From: Candidatus Latescibacterota bacterium
GTDB taxonomy: Bacteria; Latescibacterota; UBA2968; UBA8231
Assembly: GCA_965197905.1 (NCBI GenBank)
Contig: CBDAOB010000005.1
Coordinates: forward strand, 256,001 to 320,000
DNA: 64,000 nucleotides
Direction: 5' to 3'
Part shown: positions 1-11,429 of the stretch, piece after piece
Position numbering within the stretch: position 1 is the stretch's first letter
Layout: each line of letters opens with the position of its first letter
Program-made: the position numbers and the translations under genes
The notes under the pieces: generated by a model
Told to the model about the DNA's origin: nothing
The model's database searches: none
Seen by the model: only the letters and a program-made list of their open reading frames with translations

Positions 1-2
1 TG

Positions 3-1976
3 GTGGCGGATGTGCTGCGTCAACCTCTGCCGGGACATGTGCAGGCCGATACCACCTGGTCTGGAGATGTGGTGTTGGATGGCGATCTCGTGATCGAACC
101 CGGCGCGAGGTTGTCTTTGGATCCGGGCACCACGGTGCGCTTCGCCACCAGCGACAGTCGGCGGACGGGATTCTCACGCGAGCATTGCGAACTCATCGCC
201 TACGGCGAGCTGCTACTGCCGGCAGGCGGCGAGAGCCCCGCCCGTTTTCTGTCGGCTGCCGCGCAACCGGGCGCCGCCGATTGGCAAGGTATCTTCCTGC
301 TCAACGGACAGGAGTTCGACGAGACGAGTGCCGTGCTGGAAAACGCGGCGTTCGATCTGGTGCGCTCGCACCTTCCCCAGGGGATCACCCGATGGTCCGG
401 CCGCAGAAACATGCCATTTGATCTCGTGATTCCGCCCGGGGCGGAGCTGGTGGTGGAGGCGGGCAGCAGGCTCGGTTTCAGCTCGATGGATATGGGCCGC
501 AGCGGGCAGTTCGCCGAGCTGACAGAGCTATTAGTGGAGGGCCGGCTGGAGGTGGACGCTAGCGTTGCTCAGCCGGCGATCTTCACCCTGGCGTCGGGGC
601 GGCGGGATTCCCTTTGGTACGGGGTGCATCTGAAGGACGGCTCCGAGCTGATAGCCCGCAACCTGAACGCCGAGCAGGGTGTAGTAACCATCGGTGGCGA
701 AGTGGGCGCAGGGAGCACCCTGTTGCTTGAGGACAGCCGTCTGTCCACCAGCGCCGGGTACGGCTTGCGTCTCACCGTCAATGGTACTGTCGAACTGAAC
801 CGCAGCTCGATTACCCGGCATCCCTTGCAGGCGATCTACGTCGAGGGCAGCGGTACCTTGTTGTTGCACAATTCCGCCGTCGCCGGAAATGGGCAGGAAG
901 GGATTTTCATTGGCAACTGCTCTTTGGAAGCGATCAACAGCCGGATCGAACAGAACGGGCTCCTCGACGCCAACGACCCGCGTTCAGGTTTGACGGCGGT
1001 GGGCGGCCGCGGTCAGCGCATAGAATTGTGGAACAGCACCGTGGCGAGCAATCCGCTGCATGGGCTGGATCTCACCCAATGGCAAGGAAGGTTGGAGCTG
1101 CATTCCACCGAAATCAGCGCCAACCGTCGGTCGGGCTTGCAGGCGGCGGGGCTCGAGATACTGGTGTTCGAGGATGTTGCGATCGAACGCAACCTGGGTA
1201 TCGGCGCCATGGTCAGCGGTTCGCCTCTCGAGATCTGGACCACGAGCTTCGCCGACAATATCGGCCCCGGGCTGGTCCTCGGCCCCGGTTCCACCGGACT
1301 GATCGAGATGGGTGAATTCATCAACAACTCAGGCATCGAGATGACCGATGTGGAAGGAGTAATGGTGCGCAGCAGCAGGTTCGAGAACTCGGCGCTCGCC
1401 CTCAGCTCCGTCGACTCCGCTCCCGCGCTCTACGGCAATCGGTTTACCAACAATCTGACCGCGGTGGAAATCGCAGGCGACGCAGTGCCAGCCCTGGTGA
1501 CCCGCAACAGCTTCCTCGACAATCAGCTTGCGATCGCCAACCGCACCTCACTGCCCTTGGCGGCCGCGGGGAACTTCTGGGGCACCGCTGACAGTACCGA
1601 GATCGCCGGCCTGGTCACTGGGCGGGTAGACTTTGCGCCGTTTCTGGATTCTGAGCCCGACCTGACTGCCATCGCCGGACCCGAGGAGGCCACACCCCTG
1701 CGTCATTCCATGGACGCTCCATTCCCTAATCCGTTCAACGCACAGACGGTGATACGGTTCGATCTCGCCGCACCGCAGGCTGTCACCCTGGAGGTTTTCG
1801 ATATCCTGGGCAAACGGGTGCGAACGCTTGCGGTTGGAAACCTAGGTGCGGGGGTTCACCAGGAGGTGTGGGATGGGAAAGATCAGCGAGGTCGGACACT
1901 GGGCAGCGGTGTCTATCTCATGCGATTGACGGTGAGCGGCATCCCGGTGACCCGCCGGTCCGTTCTTATTCGTTAG
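3..1976 (+). CDS. 5'-truncated secreted beta-helix repeat protein with C-terminal FlgD-Ig/T9SS-like sorting domain; paralog of 30427-33225
   Basis: Repeated W.GD..(L/V).GD...PGA.L...GT.V.F...EL..G.L units, parallel beta-helix repeats, C-terminal PFPNPFNAQTVIRF...WDGKDQRG...SGVY. Confidence 0.75.
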   Translation: MADVLRQPLPGHVQADTTWSGDVVLDGDLVIEPGARLSLDPGTTVRFATSDSRRTGFSREHCELIAYGELLLPAGGESPARFLSAAAQPGAADWQGIFLLNGQEFDETSAVLENAAFDLVRSHLPQGITRWSGRRNMPFDLVIPPGAELVVEAGSRLGFSSMDMGRSGQFAELTELLVEGRLEVDASVAQPAIFTLASGRRDSLWYGVHLKDGSELIARNLNAEQGVVTIGGEVGAGSTLLLEDSRLSTSAGYGLRLTVNGTVELNRSSITRHPLQAIYVEGSGTLLLHNSAVAGNGQEGIFIGNCSLEAINSRIEQNGLLDANDPRSGLTAVGGRGQRIELWNSTVASNPLHGLDLTQWQGRLELHSTEISANRRSGLQAAGLEILVFEDVAIERNLGIGAMVSGSPLEIWTTSFADNIGPGLVLGPGSTGLIEMGEFINNSGIEMTDVEGVMVRSSRFENSALALSSVDSAPALYGNRFTNNLTAVEIAGDAVPALVTRNSFLDNQLAIANRTSLPLAAAGNFWGTADSTEIAGLVTGRVDFAPFLDSEPDLTAIAGPEEATPLRHSMDAPFPNPFNAQTVIRFDLAAPQAVTLEVFDILGKRVRTLAVGNLGAGVHQEVWDGKDQRGRTLGSGVYLMRLTVSGIPVTRRSVLIR

Positions 1977-2108
1977 TACGCTCAATAACTGGCCTTGTAA
2001 AATTTCGGCGCCGAGGCGCCCCGCCCGCAAAGCGCGCGATCGAGCCACATTTATGGATATGGCGAGTGAGCACAACGCAGCGGGCTGGGATACATCGGCG
2101 GCGAGGGC

Positions 2109-3539
2109 TCAAACACCCAGCTGTTTCTTGAGCAGCTCGGTAACGATGGGTGGCGAAGCTTTGCCCCGGGTAGCTTTCATCACCTGTCCCATGAGGGCGT
2201 TCATAGCCTTGTCGTTTCCGGTTTTGATCTTCTCGACCACGTCAGGATTCTCGCCGATGATCGTGGCCACTACCCCTTCGAGCTCTCCCGCATCGGAAAC
2301 CTGCTCCAGCCCCTGCTGAGACACGATCTCGGCGGGCGAGCCTCCATCCTCCCAAAGCATTCCGAATACCTCTTTGGCGGCGTTCTGATTGATCGCACCG
2401 CTGTTGACCATGGTAATCAACTCAGCCAGCATCCGGGGCGTCAGCTTTATCGACTGAATCTCGAGCTCGTACTCATTGAGTCGGCGGAACACCTCCCCGG
2501 CTACCCAGTTGCTAACCTGTTTCGGCTCGGCGCCATCGTGGCGCAGCACCTCTTCGAAGTAGTCGGCCACGTCGCGATCATCCACCAGGACTTCGATCTC
2601 TTGATCGCCGAGGCCGTAGTCGGCGGAGAAACGACCGGCCTTGGCATGGGGAAGCTCGGGCATCGCGTTACGAAGTCGCTCGATCCAGGCGGATTCGAGC
2701 TCCACCCGGAGCAGATCCGGCTCGGGGAAATAGCGGTAATCTTCGGAGGTTTCTTTGCTGCGCTGCTCTCGGGTGACCCCGGCGTTTTCATCCCAGCCTG
2801 CGGTTACCTGGGTGACCCTTCCACCTCCCTCCAGGACGCGGATCTGCCGGTCCGTCTCGTAGGCGATGGCGTTGCGCACCGAGCGGAAGGAGTTCAGGTT
2901 CTTGACCTCTACCTTGGTTCCATATTCAACGGAACCTTCGGGCCGAACCGATATGTTCGCCTCGCACCGCATCGCTCCCTTTTCCATGTCTCCGCTGGAA
3001 GCCCCCACGTAGCGCACGATCTGGCGGATCGTGATCAGGTAGGCGTACGCCTCCTCGGCCGAGCGCAGGGAAGAGTCGGAGACGATCTCCATCAAAGGAA
3101 CGCCAGCCCTATTGTAGTCCACCAGACTCGCTCCATCCCGGTGTACCAGCTTCCCCGTGTCCTCTTCCAGATGAACGCGAACGATGCCGATTTCTTTCTC
3201 TTTTCCCTCGCTTCGAATCGCGATCGTACCGTCTGTGCATAGAGGTTGCTCGTACTGGGAGATCTGGTACCCCTTCGGCAGGTCCGGGTAGACGTAATTC
3301 TTGCGGGCGAAGATGTTCCGCGGTTGGACCTTGCAGTTCAGGGCCATACCGGTCATCACGGTAAGTTCCATGGCCCGTTCGTTGATTACCGGCAATGATC
3401 CAGGCTGTGCGGTACATACGGGACATATGTGTCGGTTGGCCTCGACGAGAAAGTGATTCGCGTTGCAGCGGCAGAACATCTTCGACGCGGTTTCCAGCTC
3501 GGCGTGAACCTCCATGCCGATGACTGTTTCGTATTGCAC
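2109..3539 (-). CDS. gatB: Asp/Glu-tRNA amidotransferase subunit B
   Basis: [67 protein letters not shown]. Confidence 0.97.
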   Translation of the reverse strand: MQYETVIGMEVHAELETASKMFCRCNANHFLVEANRHICPVCTAQPGSLPVINERAMELTVMTGMALNCKVQPRNIFARKNYVYPDLPKGYQISQYEQPLCTDGTIAIRSEGKEKEIGIVRVHLEEDTGKLVHRDGASLVDYNRAGVPLMEIVSDSSLRSAEEAYAYLITIRQIVRYVGASSGDMEKGAMRCEANISVRPEGSVEYGTKVEVKNLNSFRSVRNAIAYETDRQIRVLEGGGRVTQVTAGWDENAGVTREQRSKETSEDYRYFPEPDLLRVELESAWIERLRNAMPELPHAKAGRFSADYGLGDQEIEVLVDDRDVADYFEEVLRHDGAEPKQVSNWVAGEVFRRLNEYELEIQSIKLTPRMLAELITMVNSGAINQNAAKEVFGMLWEDGGSPAEIVSQQGLEQVSDAGELEGVVATIIGENPDVVEKIKTGNDKAMNALMGQVMKATRGKASPPIVTELLKKQLGV

Positions 3540-3555
3540 CCTCAGCTCCTGCCCG

Positions 3556-5433
3556 TCAATTAAATATGACGTGGCGCCTTAGGAACGATTCCATGGCGCG
3601 GTAGTAGGCTTCGATCGTCTCCGGTTTCCTCCAGCCGTGCCCCTCACCTTCGAAGAGATGGTATTCGTGAGGCACGTTGCGGCGGGAGAGGGAAGCCACG
3701 AGCTCCTCCGCCTGCTCCTTGGGCACCATCCGGTCTGCGGCCCCCTGGAAAATGATAAGGGGGTCGGCGATCTTCTCAATCGCAAAGATAGGAGAGCGCT
3801 GGCGGAACAGCTCGCTCGACTCCGGAAGCGGACCGATGAGCGAGTCCAGGTAATGGGCTTCGAACTTGTGGGTCTCGGCCGCGAGGCTGAACAGATTGCA
3901 AATTCCGTAGGAGCAGATACCGGCACGGAAGAATCCGGGGCGCACCGTCAGGGCGCGCAGGGTGGTGTATCCTCCGGCGCTACCGCCCATGATAATCAGC
4001 TGCGACTCGTTGGCCAACCCGGAGTCCACCAGATGCTGGCCGCCGCCAAAACAATCCTCCACGTCATAGACCCCCCAGTTTCCCCGCAGCAGCTGCGCAT
4101 ATTCGCGCCCGAAACCGGCGCTACCCCGGTAATTGACATCGAGCACTGCGTACCCTCTGGTGCTAAAGAATTGGATGCGCGCTTCGAATCCGCAGGCCGC
4201 CTGGGCGCTGGGGCCGCCGTGGACCGCAACAATGGCTGGCGGCGCGCCGCGACCGGAGAAGCGCCGGCTTGCAGGGGCATAATAAAGACCGTGGACCTTG
4301 GACCCATCGGCCGTCTCCCAGCTCAGCGGTTGCGGTTGGGCCAACTCCTCCCGGGCGATAGTTTCCGAGCTGGAGCGGCTGCTAACTCTTGCCGCAGGCG
4401 GTTCGACCCGAACGATTCTGGGTGGTAGGGTGCTGGAGGAGGCGATGCAGGCGAGAGAACGACCACGAGGCGCGGCCGTCAGTTGCTCTACGAACGCGTA
4501 CTCTGCCAGTTCGGTCACTTCCGATACCTTCCGGGTGGCCAGGTCACACACGTAGGCACGTCGGCAACCCGCTTCGGATCGGGTGAAATAGAGCCGCTTG
4601 CCATCGGCGGAGAAGCTCATGGCGCGCATGCCCTGGATCCATGCCGGCAACCCCACATCGTGCTCATCTTCGGTTAAGCAGGCGTGACGGTTCTCTTTCA
4701 ACTCGTAGAGCCAGATGTTGCTCCAGCCCCGGGTGTCGGAAGCGTAGGCGAGGGTGTTGCCATCGGGGGAAAAAAGGGGCTGGAACAGGGAGGTCGTGGC
4801 GTCGCCGGCAATCGTCCTCGCCGCCGCCAGCACCGGTGTTGTGCCTTTGGGAAAACGCAGGTCTCCCAGCACCAGCCGGGTACCGTCCCACGGCATTTGG
4901 GGATGGTCCCACTCGATCCATGCCAGGGTTTTGCCGCGAGGATGCCAGGCGGGCTGCATGTAGAAATCGGCGCCACCGACCAGACGCGAAGGCCATGCCG
5001 ATCCCTCCGCGTCGACCAGGGCGATGCAGTCTCGATCTTCCGCGGTGTGTATGTAGGCAAGCCAGCCGCCCTCGGGAGAGGGGCATGGTGCGGCCGCATT
5101 ACCGAAGGCGGGTGTGAGCGCCTGAACGCCGCCGCCCGTAAGCTCCCGGCGCCAAATCCGGCCCTCCGCACCGACGAAAAACAAGCGGTTTCGGGATACG
5201 GCGAACTCGCCCCCGCCGTAACCCACTTGAGCGCGGCTGGGTTGGGTCGGATTGAGGGTGCGCGAAGCGTCCGCGCCCCGTTGGCAGACAATCATTCCAC
5301 CCTGACCCCGATCCTCGAGCCAGACTAGGGTGCGCCCATCCGTGTCCCAGGCCAGATCGCGAAAGCGGGCGGTGCGGGCGAGCTCCCGAGGGTTCAGCGG
5401 GCTGTCCCACAATCCAAACTGGCGTTCCTCCAT
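3556..5433 (-). CDS. S9 family (prolyl oligopeptidase/acylaminoacyl) peptidase
   Basis: VHGGP, GGSAGG nucleophile, D and H (GEGHGW) triad, N-terminal propeller. Confidence 0.92.
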   Translation of the reverse strand: MEERQFGLWDSPLNPRELARTARFRDLAWDTDGRTLVWLEDRGQGGMIVCQRGADASRTLNPTQPSRAQVGYGGGEFAVSRNRLFFVGAEGRIWRRELTGGGVQALTPAFGNAAAPCPSPEGGWLAYIHTAEDRDCIALVDAEGSAWPSRLVGGADFYMQPAWHPRGKTLAWIEWDHPQMPWDGTRLVLGDLRFPKGTTPVLAAARTIAGDATTSLFQPLFSPDGNTLAYASDTRGWSNIWLYELKENRHACLTEDEHDVGLPAWIQGMRAMSFSADGKRLYFTRSEAGCRRAYVCDLATRKVSEVTELAEYAFVEQLTAAPRGRSLACIASSSTLPPRIVRVEPPAARVSSRSSSETIAREELAQPQPLSWETADGSKVHGLYYAPASRRFSGRGAPPAIVAVHGGPSAQAACGFEARIQFFSTRGYAVLDVNYRGSAGFGREYAQLLRGNWGVYDVEDCFGGGQHLVDSGLANESQLIIMGGSAGGYTTLRALTVRPGFFRAGICSYGICNLFSLAAETHKFEAHYLDSLIGPLPESSELFRQRSPIFAIEKIADPLIIFQGAADRMVPKEQAEELVASLSRRNVPHEYHLFEGEGHGWRKPETIEAYYRAMESFLRRHVIFN

Positions 5434-5449
5434 GGTCAGGTCTGCCGGA

Positions 5450-6364
5450 TCAAGCCTGGGCCCAAGCTCGATCCAGCAGCGCGGTGGACTCGGCGATGAT
5501 CTCCTCTGCGGATTCGCCGCTGCACGGTTTCAGCTCGAAGGACAGCGCTTTCTTCTCACCGGCAAAATATCCGATCGAACCCAGGCCGGCGAGGAACTCA
5601 GCCAGCTCATCGAGCCCGTTCTCGCCCTCCGGGATGCCGAATCGCGGATGGTTGTCGCCATAAGCCTTGTGATCTGGATGAGACATGACGCAGTTGCCGA
5701 CATGGGCGTGGGCGAGGAATTCCCGCAGGATGGCCAGACAATCTTCCGTGCGCTCTTCCAGGAGCGTCATGTGTGCCTGATCCACCAGCACCCCGAAGCT
5801 GGGATGCGTCTTGCGCACCTGGAGCGCGAAGTCGGCTACCTCTTCGCTGGGTCCCAACAAACAGTTCTTAGCGTACGGCGCGCGATCGAACGCCTCCAAC
5901 AGGAGAGGCATATCTCCCTGGTCCGCGGCATGGTCGCAAAGCTGCAGAACCGAGTCCACAGTGTGTCCGATCGCCCGGGAGCGCTCGCTGGCTCCGGGGT
6001 CGGGTCCAGATAAGAACGACAGGCCGGCCGCATCCCATCCATACGCCTCATCGATCGCGCCCTTGACGATATCGACTGCTTTCCGCCGTTCGCCGGCGTC
6101 ACCATGTCCGAGGTCGAGCTTGTTCATCAGAATCGCCGGATGGGAGCCAAACGCCACCGACTTTCCAGCCCCCCCTATGGTCTCCTTGGATTGGGCGCGA
6201 ACCGCTTCGTCTTCGATGTGTGTGATTTCCAGAAGCTGGAAGTAGTCTAGGGATGCCAGATACTCGTAGATATCCCCGAGCGGTCCGCTCCCACCCCCTA
6301 TTTCCGGGTAAATCATGAACGCGACGATGCCGACGTCCGCCCGATCCTGCACGCGGCCTTCCAT
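5450..6364 (-). CDS. Xylose-isomerase-like TIM barrel (sugar phosphate isomerase/epimerase)
   Basis: LLLEAFD, VDQAH, HAHVGN, GDNHPRFG, SFE motifs; start moved to MEGRVQ after GAGGAG. Confidence 0.8.
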   Translation of the reverse strand: MEGRVQDRADVGIVAFMIYPEIGGGSGPLGDIYEYLASLDYFQLLEITHIEDEAVRAQSKETIGGAGKSVAFGSHPAILMNKLDLGHGDAGERRKAVDIVKGAIDEAYGWDAAGLSFLSGPDPGASERSRAIGHTVDSVLQLCDHAADQGDMPLLLEAFDRAPYAKNCLLGPSEEVADFALQVRKTHPSFGVLVDQAHMTLLEERTEDCLAILREFLAHAHVGNCVMSHPDHKAYGDNHPRFGIPEGENGLDELAEFLAGLGSIGYFAGEKKALSFELKPCSGESAEEIIAESTALLDRAWAQA

Positions 6365-6474
6365 GTTCGCTCCTCTTGTGTAAATCCAGAATAAATTTTT
6401 GGAAATATCCTCCCAAACCCGCAAATGCACAAATGCGTTGCCCCCGTCTGGGGATCTTTGTAGAATTAGCCGAA

Positions 6475-7056
6475 ATGACTGACGCGAACCACGAACAGCA
6501 GGACTACTCCCCCGATCCGGAGTGGACAAACATCTTCCGCCCCGAGATCGCCCAACGGGAGACTCTGGACGCGACGCTTTCCCGCATACCCGTTTTTAAT
6601 CTTCTCAGCGGTAAGGAATTGGCGCAGCTCGCCCGCATCGTCCATCTGCGCCACTTCGAGCCCGGCGAAACGGTGATCAAGCGGGGGGTGCAACAGTCCG
6701 GATTCTATCTTATTCGCAGCGGATCGGTGCACATCGTGCGCCAGGACATCAACCAGGTCACAACCGTCATTGCCACGCTCGGTCTCCACGAGCTGTTGGG
6801 CGAATTCGCACTTCTGGACAGCACGCCGCGAACATCCTCGATCGTGGCGGCCGAAACCAGCGAGCTCATAGGGTTCTTCAAACCCGACCTCATGGACATC
6901 CTTGTAACGAATCCCCAGCTCGGCTGCAAGATTCTGCTCCGCCTGGCAGAAGAGATGTCCAAAAGCCTGCAAAAGGATTATCGCAAACTGCGCGAAACAA
7001 AAATTCCCCTGGAGGATCTGGAAGTAGCGTTGCCCGCCGAATCCGTCTTGCCATGA
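6475..7056 (+). CDS. Cyclic nucleotide-binding domain protein (no HTH)
   Basis: FYLIRSGSV, LGEFALLDSTPRTSS cNMP signature. Confidence 0.85.
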   Translation: MTDANHEQQDYSPDPEWTNIFRPEIAQRETLDATLSRIPVFNLLSGKELAQLARIVHLRHFEPGETVIKRGVQQSGFYLIRSGSVHIVRQDINQVTTVIATLGLHELLGEFALLDSTPRTSSIVAAETSELIGFFKPDLMDILVTNPQLGCKILLRLAEEMSKSLQKDYRKLRETKIPLEDLEVALPAESVLP

Positions 7057-7388
7057 GCCCCCGCAAGAAGAAGAAACCTCTGCTCACCCGCATTTTCGGG
7101 GGCAAGAAGGGCAAGAAGGGCGGCAAGAAGGGCGCCACGGCGGACAAGCAATCGCAGGAAACCCCCAGAACCAGGCTTCAGCGCTCCATTGCCGAGATGA
7201 AACAGATGAAGCAGTTGGGGGAGAAAGACCCGGAGCGACTCGCCCGCCTGCTGGTCGCCATGTTCCGCGAGGTGCAGCAGAAAGAGGAACAGGACAAACA
7301 ACGCTTCGACGAGATGGTCTGGGATATCGTCCACAAGAACGAGGCGCCAGAGGAAGAGGGCGGCAACGGCGAGACCCCCCAGCAATGA
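7053..7388 (+). CDS. Hypothetical protein with Lys/Gly-rich N-terminus
   Basis: ATGA overlap with the upstream gene, coding-like codon use. Confidence 0.65.
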   Translation: MSPRKKKKPLLTRIFGGKKGKKGGKKGATADKQSQETPRTRLQRSIAEMKQMKQLGEKDPERLARLLVAMFREVQQKEEQDKQRFDEMVWDIVHKNEAPEEEGGNGETPQQ

Positions 7389-7439
7389 CGCCCCCTCGCC
7401 TGTCAAAGCGAATACCCGGATACGCTCCCAGGGTGACGA

Positions 7440-8262
7440 TCAGCTCAGTGCGGCTTCGATGCCCCGGCAGTAGGCGAGACTGGTTGCCGCGATCGTGCGC
7501 GGGTCGGGTTTGAAGTCGAACACCTCCACCGACGCGTAACGTTGGTAATCGAGCTTCTTCAAGGTTTGCAGGATCTCCGCAAAGTCCGTATCGCCGAACC
7601 CGGGACCGCGGCCGTTGGCATCGTTGAGATGCACGTGGTAGAGCTGGTCGACCGTTTCTTCCAGCAGGCGTGAAACCGGGATCTTTTCGGTGGAGCCGCT
7701 GCGCACGTCTACCATCGCTTGAAAGTTCGGGTGATCGATCTCGGACACCAGCTTCCGAGCTTCCGCCGCCGTCGTCACCATATTCGTCTGGTCCGTGCTC
7801 AACGGCTCGATGCAGAGGTACACCCCGTTTTCCTCCGCCAGTGCCAGGCAATCCTCGAAAACGGATCGCGTGCGATCCCAGGTCTCCTGGTAATCCCAAG
7901 CCTCCTGCACGTTGCGTTGCTGCGGCGAGCCGAAGATCATTACCGACCCGCCCAGATCTCCGCAGAACCTCGTCAGGGATCGAAAGTAATCGCGGGTCTT
8001 GTTGCGCAGCTCGTCCGTCTGGATGATTCATATAGAGCCCTTTCGGGCTGATCAGGAGCCAGTGAAGACCGATAATCTCGACTCCGGCGCCGGCGGCGGC
8101 CCGGCGAATCTCTTCCCGCCTGGCTGAGCTGATCTCGTCCACCGATTCGGCCAATGTGTACGGCGCGATTTCGACCCCATCGAAGCCGATCTCGGCGCAA
8201 TATTCAAACACCGCCTCGATTGTCCATCCCTCGAAGTATTCGTTGCAGGTTCCGTATTTCAT
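7440..8262 (-). pseudogene. Sugar phosphate isomerase/epimerase (D-tagatose/psicose 3-epimerase-like), frameshifted near 8016 (possibly sequencing error)
   Basis: N-half GFDGVEIAP...GLHWLL continues after one extra base as DELRNKTRDYF...MIFGSPQQR...IEPL...HVHLND...SVEVFDF. Confidence 0.8.
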
Positions 8263-8502
8263 TTCCTATCCCCTGTTGGTGCTGCATCCAGAATCAAGCA
8301 AAGATAGTACGCGATCGTTCGAACTCAAATCGCCAAGGAAGCGGTCCGTGTTGCGACAGGGAAACACGAATGTCTCCTCCGTACCTCGGTGGTGAGGCGC
8401 TTCCGCGAGACATGGCGCTGTGTCCGCTTGCTCCACACTGGGGGGAATCTGACCAGCGGTTAGCCGCGAATGCCTGGAACGCTTGTTGCGTTGCAGCTCC
8501 GA

Positions 8503-10063
8503 ATGTCGAGGTTCCAACACCTGGTAGCGGGCGCTCTCGCAGTGACCGCTACCGCCTTCTCGCAACCGGCTGTATTTCAAGATGACTCCGATGTTCGGAC
8601 CCTCGAAACTGAAGCGGCCGACCGTGCGGGCTTGACCCGATCGACCTACCGCTTGCGGCTGCAGAGCGCGTCGCCGGCGGTGGAAGCTACCCGGGTCTAC
8701 CAGCGTCTCGAACTGCGGGATGGAGAGGGTGGAGAGGCGTTCTTCCTGGTGGAACGCGATCCCGGCGAGCCCAGGTGGAACGATTTCACCACCTTTTACC
8801 TTCGCTGGTCGAGTCCGGCGAGACCGATCGAAGTCGTAGTCGGCGACCTGCGTCCCGGGTTCGGTCAGGGTCTCCTCTTTAGTCGCAGCAGCCGGAAGGG
8901 CGCCGGTGTTTGGCGACCCCGCGCGGATCATCGCCGGCTGGGGTACCGCTCCAGCGGGGAGAATGACGCATTTCGGGGACTGGGAGTTCGCGGCCGCGCA
9001 GGTTTGTTGAGCTGGGCATTGCTTGGGGGCAGGGGGCGGCGCGACGCGCGGGTGGACGAAACCGGCACCGTCACCTCGTTGCCCTCCAGCGGTCTCCACG
9101 TTACCAGAGTCGAACAGATGGGGCGCAACCGGCTAGGAGTCCGAGTATTCGGAGCCCGACTGCGGGGCGTCAGCCACGGGGTGTCTGTCGGTTTGGTGGG
9201 CCAGGACCTTCGTTTCGATCGAGCTCTCGATCTGCGCCGGCAAGGGCGGAAAGGGGTGGCATTCCACGGCCGCCGAATGCGCACAGGTTCGGCGGATCTC
9301 TTGCTCAAACGAGAGCAGCTGGACTTGGCGGCGGCGATGGCTGTGGACGGCTCGTCCAGGATGGGCACCTCGATTGTTCTGCGTCAGGGTCTGCCGCAGG
9401 GGCGTGTCAGGGTGGAGGCTGCACCACGCTGGTTTTGCCAATCCGTTCGGTCGCACGTCGAACGCCAATGAAACCGGAGTGGGTGGTGAGTGGAAGGGTG
9501 GGAACGGGAGATTCAAGTGGCGGCTGTCAGTAGACCAGGTTCGACAACCTCAGGCCGAGTACTCCACGCCGTTGCCGAGCGAGACGCTGCGCTGGTCTGG
9601 GGAGCTGGAAACCCAGATCGGACGCCAGGCGCGCCTCGACGCTCACCTGCAAACGGTCGAACGTCGCAAAGGGAGCAGTGGACAGCGTGATCACACTCGA
9701 CGCTTCCGTCTCGATCTACACCTTCGCGGCGCGAAGCTGCGTGTGGAAGGCAGACAAAACAAGGGCTCGAGCTCAGATCGGGGCGGGTTGGTGTCTGCGT
9801 TGTGGCGCTATCGTGGGCAGCACTTGAGTGGTGTAGTCCATCTCAGCCGTTTTCACACTGGCGCCTATGCCGCGCGGATCTACGAATACGAGTACGATCT
9901 GCCGGGAGCGTACAGCATACGACCGCTCTACGGGAATGGATGGAGGATCTACACCCGAACCGGTTTAGCCTGGGGAAGTCTGCGGATCGTGCTGCGATAC
10001 CGACTTCAATCCGGGCCTCCGCTGCGTCACCATGCAGGTGTTCAAGTGGATTTGGCCGCCTGA
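8503..10063 (+). pseudogene. Outer-membrane protein resembling the C-terminal barrel of FCB ComEA/helix-hairpin-helix proteins, frameshift near 9420
   Basis: Signal peptide, VVGDLRPGFGQGL, RIYEYEYDLPGAYSIRPLYGNG; two overlapping ORFs. Confidence 0.6.
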
Positions 10064-10098
10064 ATCTGGACCAAACTCCGACCACTCCGACGGCGAGG

Positions 10099-11420
10099 TC
10101 AGAACCCGATTCGCTCCAGCAGCCAGGTGGGCACCGCGGTAAACTGGTTGGTCAAAACCACTATCCACGAAACGGCACCCGAACGCGGCACGAGCTGCAA
10201 ACCGTATTGCACCATAAGACCGCCGTTCCAGAGGGACAGCAGAACCACAACGAGAGTGGGGGACCGGGGCCACTTCCGGCCGATGCTGCGCAAGGTGGCC
10301 GCAAGGCCCAACGCGAGCCATGGATAAGACGAGATGAAGAACCGATTGCCGAAGGAGGCTCCACCCCACCAACCCGACCACGAGCTGACCAGGTAGATCT
10401 GCAACGACATTCCCAGGATCGCCGCATTCCATATAGGCTTGGACGGAGAGTTGCGACAGACGACGAGCCCCGCAAGACCCAGCAGCAGTATCGGGTGCCA
10501 GGCAATGAACCCACCGCGTTCGCTGAAAAACACATGGAGCAGATGTGTGGGCACCCATTCAAGTCCCCCCAGGCTTGGCGTCGGCCCGCTCAACCAGCTG
10601 CCGTAGAGATAGTTCCAAATGGCCAGCTGTGGTGCGAGCGTCACCGCGGCACCGAGACCAAACCATGTTGCGAACCGGCCCTGGATGCGGAGATTGCGCT
10701 CGCCGGCGTAATTCCAGATGCCTACACCACCCACTGCAACCACCCAGACCACGTCTTGATACCTGGTTACGAAGAGCAAACCTCCCAGCAACCCCAAGCC
10801 AAACATATTTTTCGCGCTGGCGGAGCCGACGGTACGCTCCAGCTGCAAAAGGAAGGCGACCGCGACAAAAAAGCCGACGCCGTGGGACATGGAGCCGTGA
10901 AACAGCCGTAAAAAATCAGCGGCGTCGCCAGCAGGATTCCAGCAGCGGCGTAAGCCGAGGTTGCCGGTCCAAATTCGCGTTTGAGGCGCCGAAACAGCAG
11001 CAGTAAACCCAGGCTGGTCCATAGCGCGGACGAAAAGGCCACCGCCCAGGCGTACGGAAAGCCGAGCAGATCGGCGGCGCCCGGAGCCGGGGAGCCAGAG
11101 GCGAGAAATACCACGAAAACCGCCGGCGCCCAAAAGAGGGCGGCGCCGAATCCAAACTGATTGCTCAACCTTCCGGTTATTTCCGAGCGGGGAAGGGTAA
11201 CCATGCGGTACGGCGTCTCTCGAAAGAGATCCAGCGCGCGGTACTCGTCCTGAAAATCGAGATCGCCCTCCTGCAACAGGGCCATGAGGTAGGCGTAGTT
11301 ACCGCCGCCGTCAAAACCCCTGATCTCCGGGCGCAGGGCCAAGGTCGTGAGGATCACGAGGAAGAGTGCGGCCAGCACCGTCTCGCGTTCGCGCCAGCCA
11401 GTCAACAGGTTTCGGGGCAT
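10099..11420 (-). pseudogene. Multi-TM GT-C-like glycosyltransferase, frameshift near 10906
   Basis: DGGGNYAYL...DLDF, SMSH, FFSERGGFIAWHP, WWGGASFGNRF; a missing base joins the two ORFs. Confidence 0.7.
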
Positions 11421-11429
11421 GGTAAGGTG

